Origin: Flavobacteriales bacterium
GTDB lineage: Bacteria > Bacteroidota > Bacteroidia > Flavobacteriales_F > PHOS-HE28
Length of the DNA stretch: 64,000 nt
Assembly: GCA_044346705.1 (NCBI GenBank)
Contig: JBIIYP010000012.1
Span: forward strand, 20,117 to 84,116
Direction of reading: 5' to 3'
Part shown: piece after piece, positions 21,098 through 33,500 of the stretch
How positions within the stretch are numbered: the first letter of the stretch is position 1
How the letters are laid out: each line of letters begins with the position of its first letter
Program-made: the position numbers and the translations under genes
The notes under the pieces: model-generated
The model's input: only the letters and a program-made list of their open reading frames with translations
Database searches by the model: none
What the model was told of the DNA's origin: nothing

Positions 21098-21433
21098 TCA
21101 CCGTTGCACGATATCATCCAGTTCGATGACCGGCTTCCCGTTCTTTTCGTGCACCGTCATCTCCACCACATGGGTGGAGCGGCCGCGCGCCGTGTACAGG
21201 TCGACGTGGATGGAGAAGGCTCCGGGCCAGTTCCGGATGGCGACGACCTGAAGGGCGTTCCATACCGCGGCCGGTGGCATCACCAGCGGAGCACCGATGT
21301 CCTCCACCGCATCCATCATCGCATCCGCAGAAAGCCGCACACCGCCGGTGGCCTGCTCCAGTTCATCGTAACGCCGCTCCACCAGCAGCTTCATCACGTG
21401 CTTGGCGATGAGGGTGAGGTCGTTGGGGCTCAT
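21098..21433 (-). CDS. Small hypothetical protein resembling the DUF7668/immunity-like family
   Basis: LV...Y..LE...GG.RLS...A.ED.G..LVMPP...DLYT..GRS...V.MTV...IELDDI pattern, recognised from memory. Confidence 0.6.
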   Translation of the reverse strand: MSPNDLTLIAKHVMKLLVERRYDELEQATGGVRLSADAMMDAVEDIGAPLVMPPAAVWNALQVVAIRNWPGAFSIHVDLYTARGRSTHVVEMTVHEKNGKPVIELDDIVQR

Positions 21434-21441
21434 CGGACAGT

Positions 21442-21678
21442 CTACGGCGTGGCACCACCTCTTTGGGCGCCGTCTAGTTCAATAAGCAGCAGCATCACCA
21501 ATAAGGAGGTGGAGCTGTAGATGATGAGCGCAGCGGTCTCCGACCGTGCCATCCAGCTCTTCAGGCCAGGTGACTTTGTGAAGCGTTGTCCACCTCTCCA
21601 AATGAGACCCCAGGCAAGGACGCTCAGACACCAGATCGCCGGTCCTTGATCGCTCAGGTTCAACCCTGGAAGCTCCAT
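21442..21678 (-). CDS. Small 2-TM hypothetical membrane protein
   Basis: 78 aa with two hydrophobic segments; co-oriented between recQ and the 111-aa ORF; lower GC. Confidence 0.4.
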   Translation of the reverse strand: MELPGLNLSDQGPAIWCLSVLAWGLIWRGGQRFTKSPGLKSWMARSETAALIIYSSTSLLVMLLLIELDGAQRGGATP

Positions 21679-21706
21679 TGGTTCGTGTGAGCGCGTACCA
21701 GGTCGA

Positions 21707-23899
<2,193 letters not shown>

Positions 23900-24079
23900 T
23901 ACGGAATACACGGCCTTGGAGCGCCGCCCTGCTGTTGAATGCTTAAATGTAAGGCAACCGCCTTGAACCGTAAAGGACCGTTAACAACGTTTACAAGGCG
24001 ATGACGCCCCAGGCCATTGTTGCGCCCGTAACTGTTCATAGTTCAGGCGGTTGCGGCCCCGGCCGCCGGGGCATGCCGC

Positions 24080-24087
24080 TATCTTTG
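24080..24087 (+). promoter_or_regulatory. -7 element TATCTTTG for tatC
   Basis: Exact TAnnTTTG match; implies the tatC start is downstream of 24087 rather than at 24001. Confidence 0.65.
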
Positions 24088-24144
24088 GGCCTGTGCGAGC
24101 TGCCCTGCGTCATGGCCGGCTGCGCCGCGCTCGCCTCACCCCGC

Positions 24145-24990
24145 ATGGCCGACCAAGGCAAGGAAATGAGCTTTCTCCAGCACCTGGAGGAGCTGCGTTG
24201 GACGCTGGTGCGTTGCGCCATCGCCGTGGTGTTGGGCATGATCGTGGCCTTTATGTTCAGCACGGCGATCTTCGACACGGTGGTGCTGGCCCCCCAGCGT
24301 GCCGACTTCATCACCTACCGGTGGATGTGCGACCTGGGCCGTTGGGCCGGTGCCGGCGACGCCATGTGCATCAAGGATGTGGGCTTCACCTTCCAGAACC
24401 AGACCATGGGCGGGCAGTTCATGGCGGACCTCCTGGTGTCGTTCGTGGCCGGTTTCATCCTGGCCATGCCCTTCGTGCTCTGGCAGTTCTGGCGCTTCAT
24501 CGGGCCAGGCCTCAACCCCAAGGAGCGCGGCGCCGTCGGTGGCATCGTGTGGGCCATGGCCTTCCTCTTCCTGCTGGGGGTGGCCTTCGGTTATTTCATC
24601 CTCACCCCCATGAGCATCCAGTTCCTCGGAAGCTACCGCGTGGGCACCACCAATGCGGTGGCCAACGAGATCAACCTGGACAGTTTCATCGGTACGGTGA
24701 CCTCCCTCACCATCTGGACCGGCGTGGTGTTCCAGATGCCGCTGATCATCCTTTTCCTCACCCGCATCGGCCTCGTGGGCCCTGATTTCCTTCGCACGTA
24801 TCGCAAGCATGCCTTCGTGGCCATCCTGATCCTCGCCGCCATCATCACGCCTCCCGATGTCACCAGCCAGATCCTGGTAAGCCTTCCCCTGTTCCTGCTC
24901 TACGAGGTCAGCATCCTTCTCGCTGCCCGTGCACATGGACGACAACTGCGCGCAGAAAAGAACACTACCGCCCTGGCCAGGAGCCGTTGA
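24145..24990 (+). CDS. tatC: Twin-arginine translocase subunit TatC
   Basis: MSFLQHLEELRW, FWRFIGPGL...ER, VFQMP, LRTYRKHAFV, AAIITPPDVTSQ..V..P...LYE. Confidence 0.95.
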   Translation: MADQGKEMSFLQHLEELRWTLVRCAIAVVLGMIVAFMFSTAIFDTVVLAPQRADFITYRWMCDLGRWAGAGDAMCIKDVGFTFQNQTMGGQFMADLLVSFVAGFILAMPFVLWQFWRFIGPGLNPKERGAVGGIVWAMAFLFLLGVAFGYFILTPMSIQFLGSYRVGTTNAVANEINLDSFIGTVTSLTIWTGVVFQMPLIILFLTRIGLVGPDFLRTYRKHAFVAILILAAIITPPDVTSQILVSLPLFLLYEVSILLAARAHGRQLRAEKNTTALARSR

Positions 24991-24995
24991 ACCGC

Positions 24996-27485
24996 ATGAT
25001 ACGCTGCCTGCGTTTGCTCTTTATCCTGTGCGCTCTCCACGTCCCGTTGGTCCTGTGCGCCCAGACCACGCGTGTCACCGGTGCGGTATCCGATGCGGTG
25101 ACCGGCGAAACGCTGCCCTTCGTGAACGTGGGCTTCGTGGACAGTCGCATCAGTACGAACACCGATCTCGACGGGCAGTACGTGCTCGAGACCTACTACG
25201 CCACCGACAGTATCCGGGTGAGCTGTGTCGGGTACAAGCCGCTCACCAGACCTGTTTTACGGGACAAGGCACAGGTCATCGACCTGAAGCTGCAGCCCGC
25301 TGATGCCGAGCTCACGGAATTGGTGGTGAGGCCTTCGGAGAACAGTGCCTTCTCCATCCTCCGACGCGTGGTGGCCAACAAGCCGGTGAACAACCGCGAG
25401 AAGCTCTCGGCCTACGAGTACGAGGCCTACAACAAGATCGAGTTCGACATCAACGACATCACCGAGGAGTTCAAGCAGAAGAAACTCTTCCAGCCCATCG
25501 CCTTCGTGTTCGAGAACGTGGACAGCAGTGATGCCAAGCCGTACCTGCCCATTTTCATGACCGAGAGCCTGAGCGACCTCTACTTCCGCCAGACGCCCCG
25601 AAAGCGAAGGGAGGTGATCAAGGCCAACAAGGTGAGCGGCATCGAGAATGAAAGTGTGTCGCAGTTCATGGGCGACATGTACCAGAACGTCAACATCTAC
25701 GAGAACTTCCTGGTCATCTTCGGCAAGAACTTCATCAGCCCCATTGCCGATGGGGGCCGCGGCTACTACGATTACTACCTGGTGGACAGTGCCTGGATCG
25801 GGCACAACTGGTGCTACAAGCTCACCTTCGCTCCCAAGCGCGTCCAGGAGCTGGCCTTCGAGGGCGAGATGTGGATCAACGACACCACCTATGCCGTGCG
25901 CCGCATCGAGGCCGGCATCGACGAGGGCGCCAACCTCAACTTCGTACAGGGGTTCTGGGTGAAGCAGGAGTACGAGGAAGTGAGGCCCGAGATCTGGATG
26001 CTCACGCGGGACCAGCTCGTTGTTGACCTGAACGTGGTGCGCGACAAGGGGGATAAGAACACGAACACCGTCCAGGGATTCTACGGGCGGCGCACCGCCA
26101 CCTACCGCGACTTCCTCATCAATGAACCCCGGATGGACGCCTTCTATGAGGGGGCGGACGAGGTGGTGGTGGCCAAGGACCCTGCGGGCGAGACCGAGGC
26201 CTTCTGGGAGGAGAACCGCCATGTGCCGCTCACCGAGAAGGAGGCGAGCATCTACCACATGGTGGACACGATGAAGTCCATCCCGCGCTTCCGCACCTAC
26301 ATCGATGTCATCAGCACCGTGATCACCGGCTATTACAGCAAGGGTGACATCGACTATGGCCCCTATTTCACCGCCTACAGCTTCAATCCGGTGGAAGGGC
26401 ACCGGTTCAGGGTGGGTGGGCGCACCAGTTCAGCCTTCAACAGGAGGCTCGAGTTCGAAGGGTACCTGGCCTATGGGCTCACCGACCAGCAGTTCAAGTA
26501 CAAGTTCGGCGGTCGCGGGTTCGTGAGCAAACAGAACCGCCAGATCCTGGGGCTCTATTACAAGCGCGACATCGAGCAGCTGGGCCAGAGCACCACCGCC
26601 TTCCGGCAGGACAACATCCTCAGCAGTGCCTTCCGGAGCAGTCCCAACGTGAAACTTACCATGGTGGAGGAGTACCGCGCGAACTATGAGCGCGAGTGGT
26701 TCACGGGCTTCACCACCACGGCCATGATGCGCTATCGTACGCTGCTGCCCCGCGGTTCGCTCACGTATGTGAAGTTGATCCCCGACCCCCTGGAGCTCCA
26801 GGTGGTGGACGCCATCCGCACGGCGGAGTTCAGTCTCAACACGCGGTTCGCCTACCACGAGAAGTTCGTGAGCGGTGATTTCGAACGGATCAGCCTGGGC
26901 ACCAAGTGGCCGGCCTTGGAGCTCCACCTCGCCTTCGGCTTGCCCAACCTGGGCAACAGCGAATATGCCTACCAGAAAGTGGTCGGCCATGTGTACCAGA
27001 GGCTGCAGCTCGGCACTGCGGGGTGGATGCGCATCAACGTTGAAGCGGGCAAGCTCTGGGGGGCCTTGCCGTATCCCCTGCTCATCATCCACAGCGGCAA
27101 CGAGACCTTCTATTCGGACGACGCCTCCTTCAACACCATGAATTTCTTCGAGTTCCTCAGCGACCGGTATGGGCAGATCCAGGTGGAGCATCACTTCGAA
27201 GGGCTCTTCTTCAACCGGGTGCCCTTGTTCCGCCGCTTGAAGTGGCGGGAGGTGGTTGTGGGCAAGGCCGTGGCAGGCAGCCTCGACCTGGAGAAGCACC
27301 TGAAGGAAATGCTCCTGTTGCCCGGCATGTACACGTTGAACAGAGGACCCTACATGGAGCTCAGTGCAGGCGTGGAGAACATCTTCAAGGTGCTCCGGGT
27401 CGACGCCATCTGGCGCTTGCGCTACAATGACCACCCGAACACGTCCCCGTTCGTCATACGTTTGAAGCTCTTCATCAACTTCTGA
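24996..27485 (+). CDS. Carboxypeptidase-regulatory-like domain plus DUF5686 outer-membrane protein
   Basis: [17 protein letters not shown]...TDLDGQY...SCVGY (CarboxypepD_reg); [12 protein letters not shown]; C-terminal barrel ending in F; start TTG 24987 or ATG 24996. Confidence 0.85.
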   Translation: MIRCLRLLFILCALHVPLVLCAQTTRVTGAVSDAVTGETLPFVNVGFVDSRISTNTDLDGQYVLETYYATDSIRVSCVGYKPLTRPVLRDKAQVIDLKLQPADAELTELVVRPSENSAFSILRRVVANKPVNNREKLSAYEYEAYNKIEFDINDITEEFKQKKLFQPIAFVFENVDSSDAKPYLPIFMTESLSDLYFRQTPRKRREVIKANKVSGIENESVSQFMGDMYQNVNIYENFLVIFGKNFISPIADGGRGYYDYYLVDSAWIGHNWCYKLTFAPKRVQELAFEGEMWINDTTYAVRRIEAGIDEGANLNFVQGFWVKQEYEEVRPEIWMLTRDQLVVDLNVVRDKGDKNTNTVQGFYGRRTATYRDFLINEPRMDAFYEGADEVVVAKDPAGETEAFWEENRHVPLTEKEASIYHMVDTMKSIPRFRTYIDVISTVITGYYSKGDIDYGPYFTAYSFNPVEGHRFRVGGRTSSAFNRRLEFEGYLAYGLTDQQFKYKFGGRGFVSKQNRQILGLYYKRDIEQLGQSTTAFRQDNILSSAFRSSPNVKLTMVEEYRANYEREWFTGFTTTAMMRYRTLLPRGSLTYVKLIPDPLELQVVDAIRTAEFSLNTRFAYHEKFVSGDFERISLGTKWPALELHLAFGLPNLGNSEYAYQKVVGHVYQRLQLGTAGWMRINVEAGKLWGALPYPLLIIHSGNETFYSDDASFNTMNFFEFLSDRYGQIQVEHHFEGLFFNRVPLFRRLKWREVVVGKAVAGSLDLEKHLKEMLLLPGMYTLNRGPYMELSAGVENIFKVLRVDAIWRLRYNDHPNTSPFVIRLKLFINF

Positions 27486-28219
27486 TGCTCCGCGCCACCG
27501 ACCTGTTCAAGCGATACAAACGCCGCACGGTGGTGGGGGGCGTGAGCGTGGAAGTGAAGCAGGGCGAGATCGTGGGCCTGCTCGGCCCCAACGGCGCTGG
27601 CAAGACCACTACCTTCTACATGATCGTGGGCCTCATCAAGCCCAACGAAGGCCACATCTTCCTGGACGCCGAGGAGATCACCGACCTGCCCATGTACAAG
27701 CGGGCCCAGCGCGGCATCGGCTACCTGCCCCAGGAGGCCAGCGTGTTCCGCAAGCTCAGCGTGGAGGACAACATCCGCGCGATCCTGGAGATGAGCGACC
27801 TGCCGAAGACCGAGCAGGTGCGAAAGTTGGAGGAACTGCTTGACGAGTTCCACCTGCAGCATGTGCGGAAGAACATGGGCGACGTGCTCAGCGGAGGCGA
27901 ACGCCGACGCACCGAGATCGCCCGGGCCCTGGCCACCGAGCCGAAGTTCATCCTGCTGGACGAGCCCTTCGCAGGCGTGGACCCCATCGCCGTGGAGGAT
28001 ATCCAGGGCATCGTGAGCCAACTGAAGAAACGCAACATCGGTGTGCTCATCACCGACCACAACGTACAAGAAACGCTCAGCATCACCGACCGCGCCTACC
28101 TGCTGTTCGAGGGCAAGATCCTGAAGCAGGGCACCGCCGAAGAGCTTGCTGCGGATGAGACCGTGCGGAAGGTATACCTCGGGAAGAACTTTGAGCTGAG
28201 GAGGGCGAAGACCCAATGA
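27485..28219 (+). CDS. lptB: LPS export ABC transporter ATP-binding protein
   Basis: [73 protein letters not shown]. Confidence 0.97.
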   Translation: MLRATDLFKRYKRRTVVGGVSVEVKQGEIVGLLGPNGAGKTTTFYMIVGLIKPNEGHIFLDAEEITDLPMYKRAQRGIGYLPQEASVFRKLSVEDNIRAILEMSDLPKTEQVRKLEELLDEFHLQHVRKNMGDVLSGGERRRTEIARALATEPKFILLDEPFAGVDPIAVEDIQGIVSQLKKRNIGVLITDHNVQETLSITDRAYLLFEGKILKQGTAEELAADETVRKVYLGKNFELRRAKTQ

Positions 28220-28246
28220 GCAATTAGGAATTCCTAATTGCTCATT
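28215..28246. repeat. Perfect 32-bp palindrome built from AATKAGS heptamers between convergent lptB and purS
   Basis: AATGAGCAATTAGGAATTCCTAATTGCTCATT equals its own reverse complement; a further CCTAATTG unit follows. Confidence 0.9.
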
Positions 28247-28247
28247 C

Positions 28248-28508
28248 CTAATTGCCGGCCTCCTCGATCGCGAAGCTGTACTTCTCCATGATCAGGTTGG
28301 CGAGCAGCTTCTTGCAGGCCTCGTCCACCTTGGCTTCGGCGGCCTTCTTGTCGGCGGCCTCCACGTGCAGGGTGATGTGCTTGCCGATGCGCACGCCGGT
28401 GATCTCGGCCAGGCCCAGGTTCGGCATGGCGCCGGTCACTGCCTTGCCTTGGGGGTCCAGCAGGTTGTCGTGGGGCATCACATCGATGGAGGCGCGGAAG
28501 GTCTTCAT
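28248..28508 (-). CDS. purS: Phosphoribosylformylglycinamidine synthase subunit PurS
   Basis: LLDPQGKAV, VRIGKHITL, CKKLLANLIMEKY; start ATG 28508. Confidence 0.95.
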   Translation of the reverse strand: MKTFRASIDVMPHDNLLDPQGKAVTGAMPNLGLAEITGVRIGKHITLHVEAADKKAAEAKVDEACKKLLANLIMEKYSFAIEEAGN

Positions 28509-28573
28509 GCCGCAAAGATGCAAAATGGTGACCGCAGCTGTAGCGTCGATCCACTGCTTCGACCTACGCTTGG

Positions 28574-29386
28574 TCAGGACGCGGCCTTCGGGAACAACCT
28601 GCCCCACAACGGGCTCAACACATAGAGCACCAGGATCAGCGGCACCGCCAGGATCCCGTACAGCACGACCAGCACCGCGCCGAGCACTGCCAGCACGTAG
28701 ATCACCTGGTTGCCCCGCCAGCGGAAGTGCTTGAACTTCAGGCCGGGGAGGGGGAGCTCGGAGAGCATGAGGGTGGCTAGACCCAAGGCCGAGATCAGCT
28801 TTGCGAGCGGATCGTAGGAAAGCAACAGAGCCACCTTGTTGATCGAGCCCGAGAATGGCCCGGGATGAACGAGCATGCCCGAACCGATCAGCGCGAGAGA
28901 GATCCAGAACAGCGCGTTCGCTGGTGTCGCAAGGCCCAGAAATCCTGAAGCTTGTCGGGTGTCGATGTTGAATTTGGCAAGTCGCCAGCAGGACGCCACG
29001 GCAATGATGACGGCTGTAAGGGCCGATATCCAGAATGGGTCGCCGAAGAGATCCCCTGACCCTTTCCAGTCATCCCAGGAGCTTGGGAGATAGTCCCGAT
29101 GCAACGAGATCACCTGCTGCAATGCCTTTCCGGGGTGGACCACGGCAATGAACGCCGGCGCCACCCCGAAGCTCACCATGTCCGCCAGGCTGTCCAACTG
29201 GGCGCCGAGGGGAGTGCCGCCGCCCATGGCCCGGGCCGCCAGCCCATCGAATACGTCGAACACCGCCGCAGCGAACACCAGCCAACATGCGGCTGTTAGC
29301 TGTCCTTGGGAGGCCAGAAGAATAGAGGCCACCCCGCACGCTAGGTTCGCGGTCGTGAGCAGGTCGGGGAAGCGGGGGAGGCGCAT
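28574..29386 (-). CDS. pssA: CDP-alcohol phosphatidyltransferase (phosphatidylserine synthase-like)
   Basis: PDLLTTANLACG, FDVFDGLAAR...LGAQLDSLADMVSFGVAPA, WRLAKFNID, FLGLATPA. Confidence 0.88.
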   Translation of the reverse strand: MRLPRFPDLLTTANLACGVASILLASQGQLTAACWLVFAAAVFDVFDGLAARAMGGGTPLGAQLDSLADMVSFGVAPAFIAVVHPGKALQQVISLHRDYLPSSWDDWKGSGDLFGDPFWISALTAVIIAVASCWRLAKFNIDTRQASGFLGLATPANALFWISLALIGSGMLVHPGPFSGSINKVALLLSYDPLAKLISALGLATLMLSELPLPGLKFKHFRWRGNQVIYVLAVLGAVLVVLYGILAVPLILVLYVLSPLWGRLFPKAAS

Positions 29387-29465
29387 GGAACGGGCCGAAG
29401 TTGGGTATTTTCGAGGCAATAAAGGAGGCCACCTTCAGTTAGAAGCTGCGTCTAACCACAACGGA

Positions 29466-30569
29466 ATGAAGACCTTGAGCTTGAGCGTGATGCGAGTAGT
29501 GGCCGCAACGGTATCGGTCCTGGCCCTGACGGGAGGGGTGGTGGCGCAGGACGCCCCCAAATACAGCAACGAGTTCCTCACCATCGGGGTGGGTGCTCAG
29601 GCGCTGGGCATGGGCCAGGCCGTGACCGCGAACATCAGCGATGTGAACGCCGGTTATTGGAACCCTGCGGGCTTGCTGGGCGTGCGCAGCGACCTGCAGG
29701 TCGGCGCCATGCACAGCGAGTTCTTCGCCGGCATCGCCAAGTATGATCACATCGGACTGGCGAAACGCATCGATAGCAGCAGCGTCATCGGGATCACCTT
29801 CCTGCGGTTCGGGGTGGACAACATCCCCAATACGATCGACCTGATCGACAATGCCGGCAACCTGAACTACGATCGGATCACCTCCTTCAGCGCCGCCGAT
29901 CACGCCTTCCTGATCAGCTACGCCCGGAAGCTCTCGGTTCCGGGCCTGAGCCTGGGGGGTAATGCCAAGATCATCTATCGTCGGGTCGGTGAGTTCGGCA
30001 AAGCCTGGGGCTTCGGGCTGGACGCGGCGCTCAACTACCAGCGCAAGCAATGGCGCTTCGCGGCCGTTGCCCGCGATGTTACAGGCACCTTCAATGCCTG
30101 GAGCTATACGCTGGACCAGCGCACCATCGAGGTGTTCCAACAGACCGGGAACGAACTACCGGCCAACAGTGTGGAAGTGACCCTGCCTCGGTTGGTACTG
30201 GGTGCAGCCCGCGGGTTCCGCATCGGCGACAAGGTCGACCTGATGGCCGAGATCGATGTGGAGAACACCTTCGACGGACCGAGGAACACGCTGATCTCCA
30301 CATCCACATGGAGCGCCGATCCCCGCATCGGAATTGAAGTGGGTTATTCCCGCATCGTATACCTCCGCGCGGGTGTGAACACCTTCCAATACGTTACGGA
30401 CGACAACGATGCCCGCCAGCTCACCATGCAGCCCAACCTCGGCTTGGGCATCCGCATCAAGAGCTTCCACCTGGACTACGCGCTCTCGCGCATCGCATCG
30501 GGCAACGAGGACCTGTTCTCGAACATCTTCTCCATCCGGTTCGACCTCTTCAAGAAAGGAACCTCATGA
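29466..30569 (+). CDS. PorV/PorQ-family T9SS outer-membrane barrel (PorV2-like)
   Basis: FLTIGVGAQALGMGQA, AGYWNPAGL, SAADHAFLISYA, GFGLD, GLGIRIKSFHLDYA; start ATG 29466. Confidence 0.85.
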   Translation: MKTLSLSVMRVVAATVSVLALTGGVVAQDAPKYSNEFLTIGVGAQALGMGQAVTANISDVNAGYWNPAGLLGVRSDLQVGAMHSEFFAGIAKYDHIGLAKRIDSSSVIGITFLRFGVDNIPNTIDLIDNAGNLNYDRITSFSAADHAFLISYARKLSVPGLSLGGNAKIIYRRVGEFGKAWGFGLDAALNYQRKQWRFAAVARDVTGTFNAWSYTLDQRTIEVFQQTGNELPANSVEVTLPRLVLGAARGFRIGDKVDLMAEIDVENTFDGPRNTLISTSTWSADPRIGIEVGYSRIVYLRAGVNTFQYVTDDNDARQLTMQPNLGLGIRIKSFHLDYALSRIASGNEDLFSNIFSIRFDLFKKGTS

Positions 30570-33500
30570 AACGGATCCTGCTGCCCTTCCTCTTTTCATT
30601 CTGCGCTGTGGCCGTTCATGCCCAGCCCTACGGGAACCAATGGATCGATTACGGGAAGCAGTATTGGTCGTTCAAGGTCGCGGCGGACGGGCTGCTGAAG
30701 ATCGACTCCACCACCCTGGCCAACGCGGGTTTCCCGGTGGCCACCGTGGATCCGCGAACGATCCAGATCTTTGCCAAGGAGCGGCAGGTGCCCCTCTATG
30801 TGGCAGGGGAAAGCGATGGTGTCTTCAATACCAATGACTTCATCGAGTTCTTCGCCGCGCGCAACGACGCGTGGAAGGACCTGCCCCTGTGGGATGACCC
30901 TGCCCACCAGAACAACCCGGTCTTCTCGCTGTACAACGACACCCTGCGGTATTTCCTCACCTGGGGTGCGGCGCCCACCACCGAACGTGTGGTGCCCTTC
31001 CTCAATACCGACTACGCCAGCCAGCCGGCGCGGGATTGGTTCCTTACCGACACCTATTTCCAGACCTACGACCGATACTACCAAGGCAAGCGCACGAGCA
31101 TCCAGGCCTCCAGCGCGTTCTTCGGTGAGGCGGAGGGGTACTTCCATTCGGCCGAGCTCTTCAACGATGGCACCAACCCGAACAGTTGGCAGCAGGATTT
31201 CCCCTTCCCCTTCACTAATCCCAGCCTGGTCTTCGGCACCCCTGCGGCCCGCATCAAAGTGGTGACGGCCGGTACGAACAACGTGGGTGGCGATAACTGC
31301 GATGATCACCACCTGCAGGTCCTTTGGAACGGTTACTTCAAGGTGGATACCGTGTTCCGTGGGTACCAGCTGAACAAGTTCGAGTTCACCATGCCGTACG
31401 TCACCCTGTCGGCGAACAACACCCTGCGGCTGCGGGCCGTGCACGACCTGGGGCCCTGCGGATCGGTGACCGGCGCATACCCTGACCGGCAGGCCCATAG
31501 CTATACGGTGGCTCGTTATGCGCGCCTGTTCCAGATGGCGTTCCAGCAGCGCGTGGAGATGTTCCTGCCGGACCAGCCCGGCGATCCGCTCGCCCATATT
31601 GAATTCACGCAGTACTCCCAGGTACCGATCATGTACGTCTGGGGCGATACCGTTCGCCGTGTGTTGCCCGAGCTCAACAACGGCGTTTGGAGGAGCATGT
31701 TGCCGGCCGATGCGCTCAGCGACACCACCCGCATCTGGATGCAGGGGGAGGTCTACATCGAACAGGTGCCGCCGCTCTCGCTGGTGAACGGTACGGGGTA
31801 CTTCACCGATTTCGCTGCGGCCGTGCAGGATTCCGCGGTGCTCATCGTATCCCAGACCGGCCTGATGAACGCCGCAGCGGCCTATGCCGCCTACCGCGAA
31901 ACAAGCCCCGTGAATCCGTACAACACGGTGCTCGCCGATGTGGAGGAGCTGTACATGCAATATGGCGGAGGCGTCCGCAAGCACCCCATGGCCATCCGCG
32001 GTTTCGTGGACCACCTCATCGATGTGGCCCCCACCAAGCCGGAGGGCCTGCTGCTCATCGGCAAGGCCATACAGGCCCACCGGACCAACTTCCAGAGCGG
32101 CACCCGCTTCAACCAGGACACCGCGTCCATCCGCAAGAGCCTCGTGCCCACCCTGGGCTATCCGCCCAGCGACATCGCCTACACCCTGGGGCTGGAAGGC
32201 GATGGCCGTGTGATGGAGGTGCCCGTGGGGCGGATCGCGGCCCGGGACGAACAGGAGGTGCTCGACTACCTCGACAAGGTGCAGGCCTTCGAAGGCAACC
32301 AGGCCCAGCCCGAAGCATGGATGAAGAACATCCTCCATTTCCGGGGGGGCTTCAACCAGACCGAGTGGGTCGCCTTCGACCAGGCGCTAAGCGTCTTCCA
32401 GCAACATGCCGAGGACACCATGTTCGTGGGGCGGGTCACCAAGTTCGTCAAGAACGGTTCGGGCCTCATCCAGCCTGCCAGCGCGGACAGTGTTGCCGAC
32501 ATGATCGCCGCAGGCACCACGCTCATGACCTTCTTTGCGCATGCCACCGGCGGGGGCTTCGACATCACTGTGGACAATCCGCAGGACTACGAGTGGAATG
32601 GGAAGTATCCGATGATGATCGGTAACAGCTGCTACACCGGTAACATCCACCTGCTGAACAACGCCAGCGCGAGCGAGACCTTCGTACGGCCTGCCGGGGT
32701 GGGAGCGGTCGCGTTCATGTCCCCTGTGGACATCGGGCTGTCCAACCTGCTCCAGCAATACTGCGGGAAGTTCTACCAGAGCTTCAGCACACTGAACTAT
32801 GGCAGGCCCATCGGCCAGCACATGAAGGAGTCCGTGTTCGACATGATGAACATCGGCGGCACCGACCTGAACCGCATCAACGCCGCACAGAGCTTCACCT
32901 TGCATGGCGACCCCATGCTGGTGCTCAACTCGCCCGCAAAGCCCGAGTTCGTGTTGAACACCGAGGACATCCGCCTGCTGCCGGATCCCGTGACCGCGGA
33001 TGCCGATTCGTTCCAGGTGCAGGCCACCGTGCGCAACATCGGCCGTGGCACCTTGGTACCCATCAGCGTATCGGTCCAACGCACCCTGGTGGAGGAGGGC
33101 CTCGCCATCCAACCGGTGGTGCGCCAGCTTAGCCTTTTCGATGAAGGGACCGCAACGTTCACGCTGCCGGTGCTTGCCGATTCCGGTGGTTCGGGACAGA
33201 ACGCTTTGACGGTGCGGGCCGACCTTGACCCTGACCTGGTCGATGAGGACTTCGATGACCTGTTCAACAACCAGGTCGACACCACTTTCCTGATCGTGAG
33301 CGGCGACATCAACCCGGTGTACCCCTACGAGTATGCGGTGACCCCCGATGCCGGCCCGGCGTTGAAGGCCACCACCGGTGACCCCTTCTCCCCGGCGCGC
33401 ACCTACGTCTTCCAGATCGACACCACCGACCTGTTCAACAGCCCCCTGATGGAACAGGGTCAGGTGACGGCGCCCGGTGGCGTGATCACCTGGCAGCCGC

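Noticed and set aside
24001-24144. Track start of tatC at 24001
   Set aside because: The extra sequence is not TatC-like and contains a -7 box at 24080, so the start is downstream.
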